NCBI GenBank assembly: GCA_964035545.1
Contig: OZ037769.1
Location: 15,964,633 to 16,028,632, forward strand
Length of the DNA: 64,000 nt
Direction: 5' to 3'
Source of the DNA: Bugula neritina
Taxonomy: Eukaryota > Animalia > Bryozoa
The notes under the pieces: generated by a model
The model's input: only the letters and a program-made list of their open reading frames with translations
Databases searched by the model: none
What the model was told of the DNA's origin: nothing
Translations under genes and position numbers: made by a program
Shown here: positions 1 through 14,186 of the stretch, piece after piece
Numbering within the stretch: the stretch's first letter is position 1
Layout of the letters: each line of letters opens with the position of its first letter

Positions 1-81
1 TGTCACAGCTGTAGACAGATGAGTAGAGTATTATCGTCTGCTAGTCATGCGATACCAGCAATACAGTCACTTGTTATTCAG
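1..81. repeat. ~80-bp repeat unit shared with 62737-62865
   Basis: tgtcacagctgtagacagatgagtagagtattatcgtctgctagtcatgcgataccagc...ttgttattcag matches the two degenerate tandem units at 62737-62865. Confidence 0.6.
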
Positions 82-945
82 GTAGTTAAAAGCAATAAGT
101 GTTACTATGGCTATTAGGAGTAATATTATCCCACAAAGCTGCACTATTGGTTGTATTTAATAATTTTCTTGTATTAGCTTTATATAGGTTTAGACTATTT
201 TATTACCAGTCAGTGTGAAAGTAGGACTGAAATACATCAGAGTGCTGTGAGAATATTTGAAGATGGAGACTGGAGCATTGTTATAGCTGGTAGTAACTGT
301 CAATACACAGCAGTATACCTACAGTACAGTTGAGAGTAGAACTTTATTTACCCTGAAAGGTGTGAATAAACATACATTGGTTATATACTTACTCACTCTT
401 CAACCTATATATATACACATATGGCAGACATATTGTACTATAAATGGGGTGATTGTGTATAAAGTAAAATTGAAAAGTATTTTAAACTAGTTGAAGAAAT
501 ATTGTACAGTGCAGAGATGCTGTACAATATTGTCCAAAGATAGTAGAGAATTATATTTGATGCTATATATGCATGTCGTATTTGTTGTATGCTGTATATG
601 CTGTATGGTATAAGATACATCATGTTATATTATATATATAATGTACGGCATATACTGTATGTAGTGTAGAATATAATATTGAGTATATATGGTAGCTATA
701 TTTATTGTATATATAAAACTTATACTGCTTGTTGTCCCATTATAATAGTCACCTGCACTAATATTGGCTAACTTACTGATAGATAAGTTACTATATAATG
801 ATAAACTTCAATAATAACATTATTATACGCAGCAAACTAATTATTTTACTGTTAATTCCTAAACTGTTGCATGGTATAAAATATCACTAAGAGCAAATTT
901 AGTTGCATTTAGCTAAAAGTATAATCCAACTCTCCCCATTTTGCA

Positions 946-1121
946 GGGCATAATTTCACAGTATCTCGTCTTCAGACATAACACTCATGTGCCAATACGA
1001 GATACATTACATCATAAATAAATGTCGTCTATCGGCAAAAATTTTGCAGTAGCCAATCATAGTACTATAAGAGGGCAGTCTGAGTGTAGTATCTCGTTTA
1101 TCGGCATAATTATAATAGCCC
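946..1121. mobile_element. possible small palindromic MITE relic
   Basis: gggc...gccc ends; internal imperfect inverted repeat tgccaatacgagatac (990-1005) / gtatctcgtttatcggca (1089-1106); no clear TSD. Confidence 0.3.
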
Positions 1122-2144
1122 GTAGTTGAAGATGGAGTTGGAAGCTTTTCAAATACCTCCCACATATAATAGCATTTATGCTAGTCCCTACAGCTAAATA
1201 AACATTATGGTAGACCAATAATCACACAGTTAGTTTAAGGTCATTACTTTCCAGACTAAGGCACTGCTTTATGTTATATATAAACGGTTTCCAGGGGATA
1301 GCTCGAACAGTTTTTGTCTCACATTAACAAATTTTACATGAAAAGATAGCTCTTGCATTCCTCTTTCATATACTTTTTTAATTTTTCAATAAAAAATTTT
1401 CTGAGAAAGTTGTTGCATAATAAGTAAAATTTTACACCCTCCATGTTCCACTGCTGTAACACAGGGGATTCATTTTATAAAGTATAAAAGTTAAACTTGA
1501 CATTCCTTGATATGTTTTCTCTAATATACTTTCTTTGTTTTTTGAAATTCTGTTTATGCTCTTCACAATTTGGTAAAAACATACACCATTTTGCAAGTTT
1601 CACTGCAATTTTCTAAATTCTTCATATGGTGGTTCTAGCTACGCTCCTGTGACTAATTATAACATTCCTAGTACGTTTGCCGCTCTGCACACTATCACAA
1701 TAACATATAGTACCCTCTCGCACAAATTGGCAATCTATTGGATTTCTGCCAATATAATGTTCCCTGTTTTACATTAGCACTTAGCTGAATCATCTCACTA
1801 TGTTACAATAATATATTGAAAATGCCTCAGCACAACATAATTCTTTGTTTGTTTGGCAGAGTTAATTTCAGCTAAATCACTTCACTTTGCAGTCTTGTCA
1901 GTAAAGGTCTGTCTATAGCGCAGCAAGTGTACTTTCAGTTTCTCTAATTCACATATGATTATTTTAAGTACATTGTATTCTATAAGATCAATTTAAGGTT
2001 TAGTCCAGTGTTCAGTATCTAATTATTATGCATGTATGTTGTCTTACTGTTGAACAAAAGTTAAAAAAAAACTTTACAATTATAGCCATATTTATTATAC
2101 ATGCGTAGGATTTGCATAAGTTGACAAAAAAAATTGCAACAAAA

Positions 2145-2202
2145 CAGGGTTGAACCATGACCAACCAACTCGTCGCTGACGCCTCTAACCTCTGGACCAC
2201 GC
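2145..2202 (-). mobile_element. tRNA-derived SINE-like head (Pol III A/B boxes), degenerate
   Basis: Minus strand reads gcgTGGTCCAGAGGttagaggcg...GGTTCAACCC, i.e. A-box-like and B-box-like motifs at tRNA-like spacing in a GC-rich patch; no convincing cloverleaf. Confidence 0.4.
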
Positions 2203-5200
2203 AGACATCGTTATTGAGACGTGCACTATATGAGTCACTATCATTACATAAATATTTCGCGCGCAAATGGGTTATAATTATTAGGCTGTCAATTCATGTT
2301 GATAGCAGTGACTGTTGCAATAGTCTCGGGTTACTGGCAAAGCTAATGGTTTTGAACAAATAACCCAAAAGTTTAAAAATAAGTAGCTTGCGTATTACTA
2401 GCTACAAAAACAGGTCTGAAATAGACTGGTAAAGCAAGCTCTTATTGTAGAGTTTGCAGATGTGCTCTAAAATAAAACTTAAACTGTATGCTATTACATA
2501 AGTATTTGTATGCGAGAGATAAATGGACATTACTGAGTTTCTGGAAAACAACATACTTGAAGTTAACTTTGACAATGGTGTGTTATTTTCATCATAGCTA
2601 GCCTATAGCATAAATCTCTAATCATATGAATCTTTATGAAGCCCACAGCTCATGTAAGGGTGGCAATGTAATTTGAAATGAACAATTATGTTGCTGCATT
2701 GTGTCTAAGGTATATTAGAGAGCAGAATTTGGTTTCACTAGCCTACCCCAACGGCATTCTACAATGCAGCTTATATGCTGGCAGTTGTAACAAGTACTGC
2801 CAATAGCAAGGTTACTATCACTGCTAGCTCTGTGCAGTATGTAACCTCTTGAATAATTGCGCCAATTTTAAACTCTTGGAAGTTGGCCAAGTTATCATAT
2901 CGCAGCCAGCCACCGGAGACAAAGCATCAGAGCTATTCATATAATATTATACTGATGCACTTGGTAGCAGAGTGGCTAACCTAATATAGTTCATAGTTCA
3001 ACACCCTTTACTTTGGGAATACAGCCTCTTTTTTTAGGTTTACCTTACAAAGCATGAAAATATCTAAACTGATATTCTGATAATTTAGAGGTACATTTTG
3101 AAAACTAGGTTAATTGCACTTGTTTGCACAACAATAATAAAATAGATATTATGCAGTATAATAAAAACACACATAATACTATATAATATATTATAATGAT
3201 AATAATATAATATTATAAGTACCATTACTGCATTTTATAAATCACATGGTTGCCAAAAAAATGTATCACAAATTTTGTAATTATACATCAAAAATAGAAC
3301 TAGCTAGGCAGCAGGTTAGAATAGAGTAAATTTTTAAAACATGAAATCATGATTTGACTATTGTTTTATTTAGGCCAACCAACCTAGGAATACAAGATTG
3401 GGTTTTAGCTGACAGTTTATAACATTTAGCTTTTGAGCCAGCAGCACTGGCACTTGTGAAGTATAGGCCAAGTTAGTGAAGCGAGACTAACGAGCACTCA
3501 AATACAAGGCATATTGAGACACAATAACAAGTCAGGAGCGTATAAATTGAAAAGAATGTGGAAGGGGGACTATGTTTTTCAACAAGCTATAACTTAAACA
3601 TGAATTGGCTTTTGAAAAAAATAAAAAAGTATATTGGAGAACATAAGTTTCTTTATCTTTTCATATTTTTTTTGTTCCTGTGACATTCAACCTGTTCGAG
3701 CTATCAGTGGAACATTGTTCATATAGAACATAAAGCACCTGGCAAAGAGCCAGAAAATGAAAAGTATGACCTTAAACCAACTGTGCATGAAAGCTCTACT
3801 CATTTGTAACTGGAGGATTTGTAGCACCACAATACTAAATTTCTTGCATTGGAGGTGCTTAGGCTGTGTTGTCATAGTGATTTGTACTTATTGGGGCTTG
3901 GTATAAAATTAAACCTGATAATTATAAGGATTAAAGTATTATTGCTGTGGTTTCAACTGACCAACTTTGGAGTTATTATCTCGATTCTTCGTCAGGAATG
4001 GTTAGATAATTTCATGCAATAATGAGTTTTGGCTTTATATCATTATAAATATCTACATTGATGGCAGCACTGAGCTAGAATTCTAATATCTTTTCAAGCT
4101 CATTGGGTGGCAGATTATTGGCTAAATTTTATGCAGATATTGAATAAATAATGTGGTTTGATAGTTGTGCTATATTGTTAGGTTCACAAGCATCTTTAAA
4201 AAGTTATAATTATTGCGTTGACCATAGGTCAAAAAATTACCTAAAGAGAGGGCAGACAACTCCAAAAGATTGTTTTCGCAGAAGCAAGTAAAATTCAGCT
4301 GAACTGAATACTCCAACTGATCAACATTTTCATCTATTAAAATTGAAGAAAAGTTAAATATTAGTATACTATTCTAATCATGAATAGGCACAAGCTAAAA
4401 AGATATTTATTTCAAAAAATATAAAAAGTAAAGTAACACAACAATGTTTGCAAACGCAGACCTAAAAATGTGAATATTCTCGCTTGAAATTAAGTCTGAA
4501 ATTCAGACTTTTCTAGGTTGAATTGACTTTAATTGACTCACCAGAAAAAACAATTATTAAAATTATAAAGACAAGCATGTAATGAAATATGTAATTCATT
4601 AGCAAAACTGGAGGAAAGCACTTTTTTTCTAGAAATTGTTCGATTACATAATACATTTTGGGCAAATGATGTTTTTTAATAAAATAAAACTGTTGTATTG
4701 TTTGGCTAGATGAAGTTTCGAAAGTATTTTTAATATTTTCTCAAATAAAGTAGACATGCACTCCATTTTCACATTTTTTGGCAAAACATGATTGGGATTC
4801 AGTAGTCAATCAGTTAAGTTTGACACAAGGAGTTGTCACATCCATTCCAAAGAACAAGACCATCTACAATAACAAACATGGAAAGTACCTAAAATTACAT
4901 TTAAGTTTACAACAGTCCTTAAAATAAATGTTGCCTTCTACCAATGTTAAATAAGAACATGATGTAATGCTATGTTTACTTAGACTAAATCTTGCTGACT
5001 TACAATGAAATTCATTCATTTCAATTTGAAAATTCTTGTCAATAACTTGACTCTATGCTAACAACTGATTGTAATACCAAAATCACACTGCTACTTTTAG
5101 TTTAGGGAATTCGTTTTCATTATTAGTTCAATATTCAGCAGAGGTTTTTCTTTAATGAACAAACAATAGGCATACATGCAGATGAAAGATTAGGTCTAGT

Positions 5201-7399
5201 GAATACTAATTTTGTGCCTAACAAAAAAAAATGAAAGATTGCATGAAAAATTAACAACTCTAAAAACTTGCAATTTGAATGAGGCTCAGGCTTTTAGGTG
5301 AGCAAGGGTAACCAGAAGAGCTACTTTAATGGAAGAAATTACTGACTCATTGTGTAGTTGCAGGCTGCATGATGCGTTTTGATTCTCACAACCACTTTTG
5401 AAAAGGGAAAATCCATTAAATTAAGACTACTGGCAAACAACAGAACGATAAGGAAAAAATACCAAGTAGAAATTCACTTCTCAAAGCAAACTGTAGTTAA
5501 TACATTATAGATGCTTAGAAGAAGCAGGCAATAGTGAATGCTATATAGTGTAGATCAGGATTCTATACAATGACAAGTAAACTGAAATTCCAGTGCACTT
5601 TGAAACTACTTGTAAGAATGGGCTTAGTGCTTTATAGTGCCTTGAAATTTTTTCAAGTCTAATTGGCACCATGCTATTAGAATTCGCAGAGAGATGACCC
5701 TTTAAACTTTCACTTTAAACTTTAATACCTTCACGATTTTCAGTAAGAAATTCAATTCATCTAGGTCTGAAATTTCACCGAGTTGCATTGCAAGCCGCTG
5801 GTCAAAATGTTTAGTTTGTGATAACTTAATCAGCTGATTTCAGAATAACAATCATTGGGAATGACATCTTCATGTAGATATAGATATTTATGCTTATAAT
5901 TATATCGGCTGCCTTCATCAATCATCGATACTATGCTGCCAAATCAACTAATTAATTACAGTTGGAAACTTCAAAGGGCATTGAATAGCAATTAAGCAAG
6001 TTATACTTTTAATATTACAAAAAGAACTTATGCATCAATATGATTTAAAATATAGGTGGGCACTCCGCTAGTGATATTAACTGAAACTGGAACTTTTTTC
6101 ATGCAGGAAAAGCAAAAACGCATCTCAACAGAAACCTAAAAATGTCCAGCACACTTTATGCTTTGGCAACATGCACACAATAACTTCGTTTATGGTACAA
6201 ACCTTTTTGTTGATTGTTTTCCAACATTTTCACTAGAGCAAAGCCGAAAGAAATTTGGAAACTGCATAATGATGCCAGCCACCGTGGCATCATCTTCTCT
6301 GGAAAATTATTGACAAATCATCACCCAAAAACTTCAGCAAAGCCTCCATCAATAGTATGTAATACTTTAGGTGAAACTAAAAAGAAAGAGACAATATTTT
6401 CGTGTAATTTAACCCATCAATAAACGCATCAATAGTTAGTGTGGCCACGGTTTAAACCTCATTAATTTCATGCTATTTAAGGCTTTTACAACTTAAAAGA
6501 TGTAATTCATCTGCAAGAGAAATGTTAGGTATATGAAATGAGTAGAAGTGCAAAAGCAAGCAGGTATTAAGGAAGGAAGAGTTAGTAGGTGTACTTTGAC
6601 TTGCGATAAATCAATGTGATACCAGATGTGAATTTTGAGGTGTGTTTACTCCAATCTCACTGAAAAGGTAGAAATAGCTAAATTTACGAGACACACAATA
6701 TTTTATAAAATACTGCACATTCATAAAAACTTTATAAAACTCTAGTGTGAAGGGTGACTTACACTTTTAAACCGTAGATGAGCTAAGTTGTAAAAGTTTG
6801 ATGAAAACCTTTTACTCTATAAATTTATGCAACAGCTACGAAGTTTTGTTGAAGATAAACTTCCTCAACAAATATACAGAAAAAAGCTATTTGAAAGCCA
6901 AATTTCATTAGCATATTATAAGATTATTTGTGTTTCATCTTTATAAACAGTGATTTAGTCATTTAACTGATAACTAATGATTTCACTTTGTTTTTCATTC
7001 AATAAAAACTAAGTGTAGTTGGTATTAAAAACAGCTTTCATTTCTCACTTTTTTTCTCACCCTAATCTGCGTAGGCAAACAATTGGTTTGTTTCAAACAC
7101 CACAACAGTAAAGCGTGACAGCATAGCCAGTAGAGAAAACAATCATCTATACTGCTGGATTAGTGGCAACTTGTGAGTGTGTCAGAGTAGTGTCTTGTTG
7201 TGTGACTCTACAAATAAATTATGAATTTGAATATACTACAAAGTTGCAAACATTGTTTTAACAAAACACAGCATTTATTTGATATTATATGTAAAGCTCA
7301 AGTTGATATAATATATATTAAATAAATTTTAGCTTTCCTTTTGGATACTCTGAAACAAAATAAAAAAATAAACCAAAATTGGGTAAAGCCATGCAAACT

Positions 7400-7692
7400 A
7401 GAGAGAGAAAGAGAGTGGGAGAGGGGGGGGGGTGGGAGAGAAAGGTTAGGAGAGAGGATGGAAGAGAGATGGGGTAGAAGAGAGAAAGGGAGAGAGTCAG
7501 AGAGATAGTGGAAAAGGGAAGAGAGAAAGGTTAGGAGAGAGAGAAGGTGGGAGAGACGGAGAGTGGGAGAGAGACGGAGAAGGTGGGAGAGACAGAGGGT
7601 GGGAGAGAGGGAGGGTGGGAGAGAGGGAGAGAAAGAGAGAGAGGTTGAGTGGAAGGTGTGGGAAAAAGAGACAGAGAGAGGAGTGAGAGAGC
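7400..7692. repeat. polypurine GA-rich low-complexity tract
   Basis: ~290 bp almost entirely G/A (gagagag, ggtgggagag units). Confidence 0.9.
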
Positions 7693-10600
7693 TTCCAAAC
7701 TAACACCATTGACTTAAAAATGTTGATAAAAACTGCAGCAAGTCTTTAAAAACGATGCTAGCAAGTTCAAAGCTCACTATAACTTTCAAAATCAATAACA
7801 TGTCAAGTTCAAAAAACTTATCTGCGAGCAAAAAATAGTTACAGAGACAACCAGGTATTGGGCAAGAGCCAGCTAATAGGAGTACCTTTTTAGATAAACT
7901 GCATGCAGGCACAGTGAGATAGCATCGGTGAGTTGTGTCTTCATTTTAATTTCCTAAAAATGAACATAAACAAATGCTAGTAATGAAAGTTTTCAGGGTT
8001 ATTAAGGGTGCAATTTTATCACTAAACATCATAGCAATAGCAAAAATTGCTCAGTACAAATTTAAGAAAAATTTCTTTCATCCATTACATAATACCCGAA
8101 ATTAAATCCATTTATTCAATTCATCAAGCTGAAAAACCAAGAATAATCAGAAAGACAGTAAAATCACTTTCTAGTAAAAAACAGCTTTAGATCATAATTG
8201 TTGGGTTCAGCTCTTAAGCTAAGACACCGATGCACTGAAATACGAAAAAGATCAGCATACTTTTGACTGTCACAAAATTTATTTTACGCGCAACAGACAT
8301 TTTAAGGTCACCCGCCACCCTCGCAGGACCACGTTGGTGAAAGGTGACCAGATATTTTAAGGTCAATCAAAATCAAGCAAAGTTCATCGTCATATTGCTT
8401 ACTGCTTAATGCTGCAGCTTATTTTTGCTTACCAAGTTTCTTTCTGCAGAATAATTGTAGCTAGCTTCTCGATTTGCCATCTTTATTCCAGTCCAGGTTC
8501 AAATGACATCTTGATCGTTGCAAATATCCATGCAAGCTAAAAAATATTTATCAATCAGTACAACAACAGAAATACTTATAATGATCCAAATATTACTATT
8601 ACATTACTATAACATTACACAGTAACACTATGTTTATAATTGTAATACGGAAGCATGACTTTGTGGTAGTTTGATATGCTATAGCAAAAGGTAGAAAAAT
8701 CAACTGAAAAACCGACAGAAATAATCAAGTACAATTAACTAAAGTAAATAAACTTACTGAATAGTAAATATTTTACTATACTTAGTGAATTGATTTACTT
8801 CCCCTAGGTTTACTTTCATGATTAAATGCTTCTGTCTATTTTCCAGTTTATAGGAATATATTAAAAGTGAAACCAATTATAATTACTATTACCTTATCTA
8901 GTTTTGACTATATGTTTTTCACAAATATAAACATAGTTATATGCGTATTCCTATTGTGACTGCAGATACCATTGCGGTAACTGAAATCAAACTTCATTCT
9001 ACTTCAAGTTTCAAACATTGTCCTAGTTCAAAGACTAACAAGTGAATAATTAATAACTGTGAAAGCTCCAATAAGTTACTTCATTATTAAATAAGATACA
9101 ACTGATTCTACTGTATATGATACTATGGTATCTGTATTAAATTAAAACATAATTATGAAAATCAAAATTTGTTTTTTGGGCACTTATATTATAGTAATTA
9201 AATTAACAGCTTAAAATAGGCACATTAAACCATGATTGGAATTTTTATCCATTTATCTTTATAATTATATTTATTCTTTATTCTGAAAGTTGACCCAACA
9301 CTGGTAACAAAACTAAAAGTAATTGATTAAGTATGATTTATTCTTACACACTTTACCATTATATTTAGTCTTCCTGACTTTCAGTCTGTCATAGTGATTA
9401 CTACTATATGAAAATGACTTTGACTTAGAAGTCATAATTATAGTCACAGTGTTGATAAGTCAACAGTGTAGGATTAACACAGCACTAGACTAGTACTACC
9501 TCCAGCTTTCAAGTTTATGTTAGGGTATCTCTAAGACTAAAGAGTAACCCTAATAATGTAAGCAAAGAGCAGTGAGTAATAAGCATGCTATTCAACTTCA
9601 AGTTTCACTAGTACTATAACCAATACTACATGTATTTTAATAAAATTATGTAGCTGGTGAGTGAACTATAAAATTAAATAAGGATCAAACTTTGAGCAAT
9701 ATTAATAGAAATAATATTAGGACAGAGGTTTCCAATTATTAGTATGTGAAACCAAAGGGGAATGGATAACTACTATTAGTATTATTACATTTACTTTATA
9801 TTTAGTTTTACCAGTTCGTATTATGATCATCTTACTTTGAATTGTAAAGTATAATAATTATGATATTCATAGTAGTATATTTATATTAGTAATTAATATG
9901 TATATTAGTAAAAACATTTATTTTAAGTTGCTTGTTTATTAAATAATTCTAAATCCTAATAACGATAATCTTAATATTAGTGATAATCATTATGCTCATC
10001 ACTGTCCCCAAGTGCTATCAGTATGACCATCGCAATGTGAACCTAGACGTGAATGTAAAAAGGCACTGCAAAATAGAACATGGGATGGAGGCAGATATCC
10101 ATACCATAATACAAATATTGATATTGAATTTGATAATCATAATTATTATACAAATATAATGATAATAACTACAATGATCAAAAATAAATAATACCAAAGA
10201 GTTTTCGAATTACTATTCATAAAATCAAATATCACATTTATAAAGATATAATCATATCTATTATTAAATTTAAGTCAATTATACTAATAGCAATAGTAAT
10301 ATAAATAGAAAAAAGAATCATTGACCAGGAGTAGGTGCAAAATAAAAGTCAATTTTAAGACAAAGAGTAAGAAAAATACTAAATCGATATTTAAAATTAC
10401 TTATTTTTAATCTTAGTCACTTACAGTCAGTCTTAGTTTAATTTTTACTACTAAGTCTTTAATTTCAAGTTCATTTTGACAATAAACTTGAAGACTTTAA
10501 CTAAGAATATGTATAATTCAAAATTCCAAACTGGTACAAGTAAAAGTTGCTACTGAAGCTTTGTAATACTATTTTAAATTATTGGTATGATAGCATTATA

Positions 10601-11739
10601 TTTTGATTCATAGCAATATTGATAGTGACAATTTCAAACATACCCATACCATTACTGTTACAGTTTAAGTTACTATTGCCATTGTGATTGCCGGTAATGA
10701 GTAAATATAACTTAAATTTATATGACTATTACTATTACTATTTGTATTACTATCACTTTCAGTACCGGTCTAGTATCAGTATCACCTTAATTCAAAATCA
10801 ATGTATAATTTATCAAATTACTTTTATATTATCATTTATCAATAATATGTCTATCACTATGATATTATCATGATATTGATTTTTAATTTAAACATAATAA
10901 AATCATAGGTATAATCATAATCATAATGATAATCATAATGCTTAATTTTACTTTTAGTTCAGGTTCAATGATTTAAGAGTAAGTGAAAGTTACTATAACT
11001 ATTGCCATTGTGATTGCTAGAAATATAATTTAAATTTATATGACTATTACTATTACCAACACTCAGACTTACTCGGACTCAGTCTGTCTCTAACTCTAAG
11101 TCTGAGTCTCACTCCACCAGAGTGAGAGTGACACTGAATTACTATTACTATTACTATTAGTATTAGTATTAGCAAAATATATCAACCTTATGATTATCTT
11201 ATTAGTTATTACAATATGTTCGGCATTGATGTTGAACTAAAAATATTAATAGTTATTACAATCACAATGACAATGCCAATATGATCAAAGACAAATGATT
11301 CCAAGCAGTTTGAGTTGAAGGTAAGTTATAAGTTGAAGTAGTACGTAAGTGGTAGTTGATACTGATACTATCAGTGATAGGTTTATACTCCATACCATGA
11401 TACCAATGAACTCAATAATATTACCTATATATTACAATAAATTATATTACTATTAGTATTACCTATAATTAAAATATATTATTTCTTTTCCAGCTCAGTG
11501 CTTTATACCCTCTACTTAGTCTAATGCCGAGCACATGACGAGAATGTGAGGTGAAGGTCACTCACAGCTAAAATCGCCAAGGATCCATCACTAGTAGTAG
11601 TAGTTCTAGTAGTCGTACTACCAGTAATCTGGCTTCGCTATGGCACTACGAATTGAATGTTGACAAGACGCATGCATGTTTGCTGTTGGTAAACTAATTT
11701 TTACTGAATTTTAATCATGCTAAGCTGCAACCTATTTTC

Positions 11740-12392
11740 TAATGAAATAGTGCAATTACCCTAAAGTTCATGTCAGACATAAAGAAACTGGTCCACCGGA
11801 CAACTAAATTAACAGATCTACAACCAGTAGATCTTACAAGGCACAAGATCACCAACTGCATACAAAATGAATGGACACGCCAATGGAATGCACAGCTCGC
11901 AAATGGGATGTGCCCATATGGCATACTCTCTGTTCTGGAACCGGAACATTTGTTCCACAAACCACTACCATTGAACAACAGGAGAAAAGATGTTGGGGCA
12001 TTATGTGATCTTCTCACTGGTCACAGCAGGCTCCTTTCTTTCCAATACAGGATAAATCTTACATACACCCCAGTATGTACCTGTTTAATAGAAGAAGAAA
12101 CAGCATATCACTACATGTACTTGTGTGCAGACTATGATGTCGCCAGAGCTCATACTAACCCCTCCACGGATAACTGGGAATCAGTCATTTCATTCTTGAA
12201 CCTCACTAGAAGACTGATGTTCTAATTACCCAGAGCAGATGACAACCAAGGCCAGGCTATAACACTCATATACTCAATATAATACTCAATACAATCTTTA
12301 TTTTCAAGCATCATACTGTATTTAATAATATTATATATACCTTATAATATTAAAAAAAAAAAAAAAAACAACAAACAAACAAAAACAAAAAA
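11740..12392 (+). mobile_element. 5'-truncated non-LTR retrotransposon (I/R1/Jockey-group-like ORF2 C-terminus) with poly(A) tail
   Basis: ORF 11770-12225 has W..QW...L.TGH...C.C...ET..H....C, the typical C-terminal CCHC region of LINE ORF2; followed by a short 3' UTR and an A-rich tail at 12352-12392. Confidence 0.75.
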
Positions 12393-12974
12393 CTGTTATA
12401 CAAATATACTGTAGATTGTATTTTTATACATTCAAAAATATTAACTTTCATCTTTGCCTGCAAATAGAGGTATTTTCTTTTTTTTTTTTTTTTCTAAGGA
12501 AATAGTATATTCAATAATAATATAATAAATATAATAATTATCATTATGATATTTTATCATTTAATTTTATAACTTTTACTTTTAGTTTTAGTATTTTGGT
12601 TTTACATCAAAATTTACATCAAAATTTACATCATTGTGATTATCATTATGATTACAAAATAAAAATAATTATCATTAATCATTACCTTTTAATTTATGAT
12701 TATAATTAATGTTAGAATTACCACAATTACAATCATAATGATAATGGCATAATGATAATGCCAATGATAATCACAATCGTAACACTAATAATAATAGTAA
12801 TAGTCAAACTCGAGGATTGAGCCAATGATTCAGATTGTCTAAATTTAATTAAATAAATTTCAGCCTTGGGTTTAACTTTACAGTTCACAATTTTATTTTA
12901 CTTTACGACTGAGAGTCACAGTAAGACTAAGAAAAAGAGTAAGTCATACCTTTCTTGCAGTTATTTTCAAAGTT

Positions 12975-13118
12975 TGTAGTTGTACTAGTACACTAGTAGA
13001 CCTAGTAGTAGTACTAGTAGTAGTAGTAGTAACAGTACTATTAGTAGTAGTAGTAGTACTAGTACTAGTAGCAGTACTAGTACTAGTTGTAGTACTAGTA
13101 TCAGTGGTAGTAGTAATA
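12975..13118. repeat. degenerate (TAG/TAC)n microsatellite
   Basis: tagtagtagtactagtagtag... directly visible. Confidence 0.85.
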
Positions 13119-14186
13119 GGACTGCGATCTTAGATGTAAGTCTAATGAAATACGAATAATAATAGTATAAGTATAACTTTTACATATTTAGTTTTACTAT
13201 AAGTGTAAATAATTATAATGAGTAATAGTAAAACTCAAAGTGTATACATTAACTCAGTTGAGCATTAATGATTAAATATAATAATTATAGTAAAGTAATA
13301 TGATCACCATTACGATTATAATTAAAATTCTTAGTAACACTTTTATGATAGGCCTACTCAGTTTAATTTATTAATATTAAACATTAGTTTGGCTACCACA
13401 AATAACTAATAAGTGCTACTAAAGGTAACTGTAAAGATAAGTATAAATTTAACTATAACATAGACTATCAGCAATAGTAATATATCATATTGATATTAAA
13501 CTATATATGGATAATGCAAATCATAGATCATACCTCATGATAATTATTCCTAATGATCTTACTTTTTATATGCTGATGCTAATAAGTAGTAATTTTAAAT
13601 TTGATAACTCATGAATGATGAATAAGATAACAAGAATAATACTGGACCTAGTAATACTATTAGTCCTACTACTAGAATTTTATTATCTTATATGTGTAAT
13701 ACGCTTCTTTTAGTAATACTGCTGGTCAAAGTTAGTGTTAATCATATTTATAGTTAAATGTTGAAGGAATAAATTAGTTCATAACATAAACATTGCACTA
13801 TGTGAATATGAAGTTTAATATGAATATCCCAATTACACTTGCTGTTGCTCTTTAGAGACTAGAGTTATAACTTATAACTATGATATAATAATGAATACCA
13901 TTATTTTAACTAATCATATTACTCAGCTAATGTTAATGATAACTGTAAGTCTAAAAACCATTACGGTTATAGGTATCACTGACTAATATTATTAATAATA
14001 TAATCATTCGTTTTATACTTGTACCTATATTTATATTTATACTTATACCTATTTTTATACTTATGATCATATCTATACTTTCACGTATGCTTGTACATTT
14101 TACTCATAGTATCAGGGTGGCAATCGAAAAGTCATAATCGATATGCTAAGCTAATAATAAAATCAACTGCACTAATATAGTTGTAT

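Noticed and set aside
4780-6460. Coding-like minus-strand stretches (possible decayed DNA transposase, WNGCDNSLC motif)
   Set aside because: Too many stops and no diagnostic motif to support a family call
7497-7709. Ser/Leu/Pro-rich ORF
   Set aside because: Translation of the GA-rich low-complexity tract
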